From NCBI GenBank assembly GCA_905178155.1, contig CAJINV010000003.1, positions 8,993,107-9,057,106 of the forward strand: a stretch of 64,000 nucleotides of DNA, given 5' to 3'. Within the stretch, counting starts at the first letter, position 1. Every line of letters starts with the position of its first letter. This document shows, piece after piece, positions 62,615 through 64,000 of this stretch. The notes below the pieces were generated by a model. That model searched no databases. It saw nothing but the letters and a program-made list of their open reading frames with translations, and had not been told where the DNA came from. The stretch is from Amoebophrya sp. A120. Lineage: Eukaryota; Protista; Dinoflagellata. The position numbers and the translations under genes are program-made.

Positions 62615-63221
62615 CACATTACATTAACTAGCAAAATTTCGACACTTTTACCAATATGCAATATGACAATATAACAGTATGACAATATGACTCGTGGATT
62701 TTGAGCAATATGACCGGATGCCTGTTGAGCGTCTGGGACCGAAAGCGGACCGGGCAGCGCCCACCACTAAGTATTCGCGCTGCGAGGCCACCTTACCGGT
62801 CGAGATGCTCATACTACTAAAAGCCGACCCACACATCTAGATCTACATGCTGGAGCTGCGACACTAACTAAAGAAGTAGACCGCTAGTAGCCCCGGCACA
62901 GTAGCGCCACGCGCACTGTACGCTGAGCAGGCTTGATAGCAGGCGCGTGAGAGATGCACAAGAGGCCCCTCATCGATTGATCCAAAGTCGGCGCAGTAGC
63001 AAAGCATACGCGCCCTAGTGACTTCGTGGTCCCAACACCCGACAGAAAGCGTTTCGGGCGGGGCCAATTTTCAGCCCCCAGGCTGTCGCGAGCAATATGC
63101 AATATAACAATATGTCAAAATGACAATATGAGAACTGGAGTTTTTGAAGGGTTTGGCATGTCGTCCCGGCCAAGTGTCATATTGGAGCATTATGTGTCAT
63201 ATTGCTAGTTAATGTAATCTG
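62615..63221. mobile_element. MITE with 20-bp TIRs inserted in a TA run (Tc1/mariner-like ends)
   Basis: CA(C/G)ATTACATTAACTAGCAA, 19/20, at both ends with TATATA flanks. Internal CAATAT(G/A)AC repeats occur in both orientations. Confidence 0.75.
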
Positions 63222-63254
63222 TATATATAAAGCAGGGGTTTGGTGGGGTCGCAG

Positions 63255-63950
63255 GGGTTATTTTTGTCTAGCGTCGGAAGAGCAGAACCGCGGGAGCCAA
63301 AGCCCTCCCGTCGGAGGCTGCGCGGTTTGGCCACTTTGGTACCCTACCCCGATTCGCCTAATTTCATACCCTCACCCGAATCGGCTCCTTTTGTACCCTA
63401 CCCCGATTTGGCCAATTTTGTACCATCCCCGAATTTTGTACCCTGTCCCGATTTCCCTAATTTTGTACCCTAGCCCGATTTGGCAAATTCTGCACCCTGC
63501 TCGAATTTTGTATCCTCTCACGGCTGCCCAATTCTGTACCCTAGCGCACCCCGGGCAGTTTTGTAGGTACGTACCCTGCCCCGAAAGGCCTCACCTTGCG
63601 CCCTCGGACAGGGCTTATATTTGTCTAGCGAAGAGCAGCACCACGGGGGCCAAAGCTCCTCTTTCAAGGGCGGCGCGGAGTAGCCAACTTTGTGCCCTAC
63701 ACCGATTCGCCTAATTTTATACCCTCACCCGACACGCCTAATTTTGTACCCTCGCCCGATTTGGCTAATTCTGTACCCTCTCCAAACTGTGTAGCCTATC
63801 TCGATTTGCCTAATTTTGTACCCTAGCCCGATTTGGCGAATTCTGCGCCCTGCTCGAGTTTTATGCCCTAGCCCGGTTGCCCAATTCTGTACCCTAGCGC
63901 GCCCCGGGTGATTTTGTAAGTACCTTGTCCCGAAAGGCCTCAGCTGGCGC
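63255..63950 (+). repeat. Higher-order tandem repeat: two units of about 350 bp built from AATTTTGTACCCT(A)-type subrepeats
   Basis: TTTGTCTAGCG..GAAGAGCAG..GCCAAAGC recurs at about 63262 and 63620, and CCCGAAAGGCCTCA at about 63580 and 63928. Confidence 0.8.
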
Positions 63951-63952
63951 CC

Positions 63953-64000
63953 CCGGGAAACACGGAAACCGGGAAACACGGAAACCGGGAAACACGGAAA
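63953..64000 (+). repeat. 16-bp tandem repeat CCGGGAAACACGGAAA, three copies running off the window end
   Basis: Directly visible. Confidence 0.9.

Overview
Eukaryotic genomic DNA of dinoflagellate type, most consistent with a parasitic Syndiniales such as Amoebophrya. This assignment is an inference from three observations: a 21/22 match to the dinoflagellate spliced leader, all recognisable genes lying on one strand, and non-canonical introns bounded by inverted repeats. The minus strand carries a WLM/Wss1-like metalloprotease, two very large low-complexity hypothetical proteins, a DnaJ + thioredoxin-like membrane protein, an intronless F5/8-type (fucolectin-like) probable retrogene with a relic spliced leader, a 10-exon RPB2, VPS2/CHMP2 and a pseudokinase. 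A repeat and satellite block occupies about 20.3-34.3 kb, and more repeats lie at the right end. The main signal is a set of nine well-supported TAT...ATA terminal-inverted-repeat elements, one more with decayed termini and four weaker candidates. They sit inside coding sequence between (often degenerate) 5-bp direct repeats. Removing the element plus 5 nt restores the reading frame at every testable site, including a conserved RPB2 helix, so they appear to be transposon-derived, non-GT-AG introns (introners). One 1.29-kb member has a 23-bp duplication (5+18 nt), which gives a direct test of the splicing rule. All gene models were reconstructed by eye and have no transcript support.
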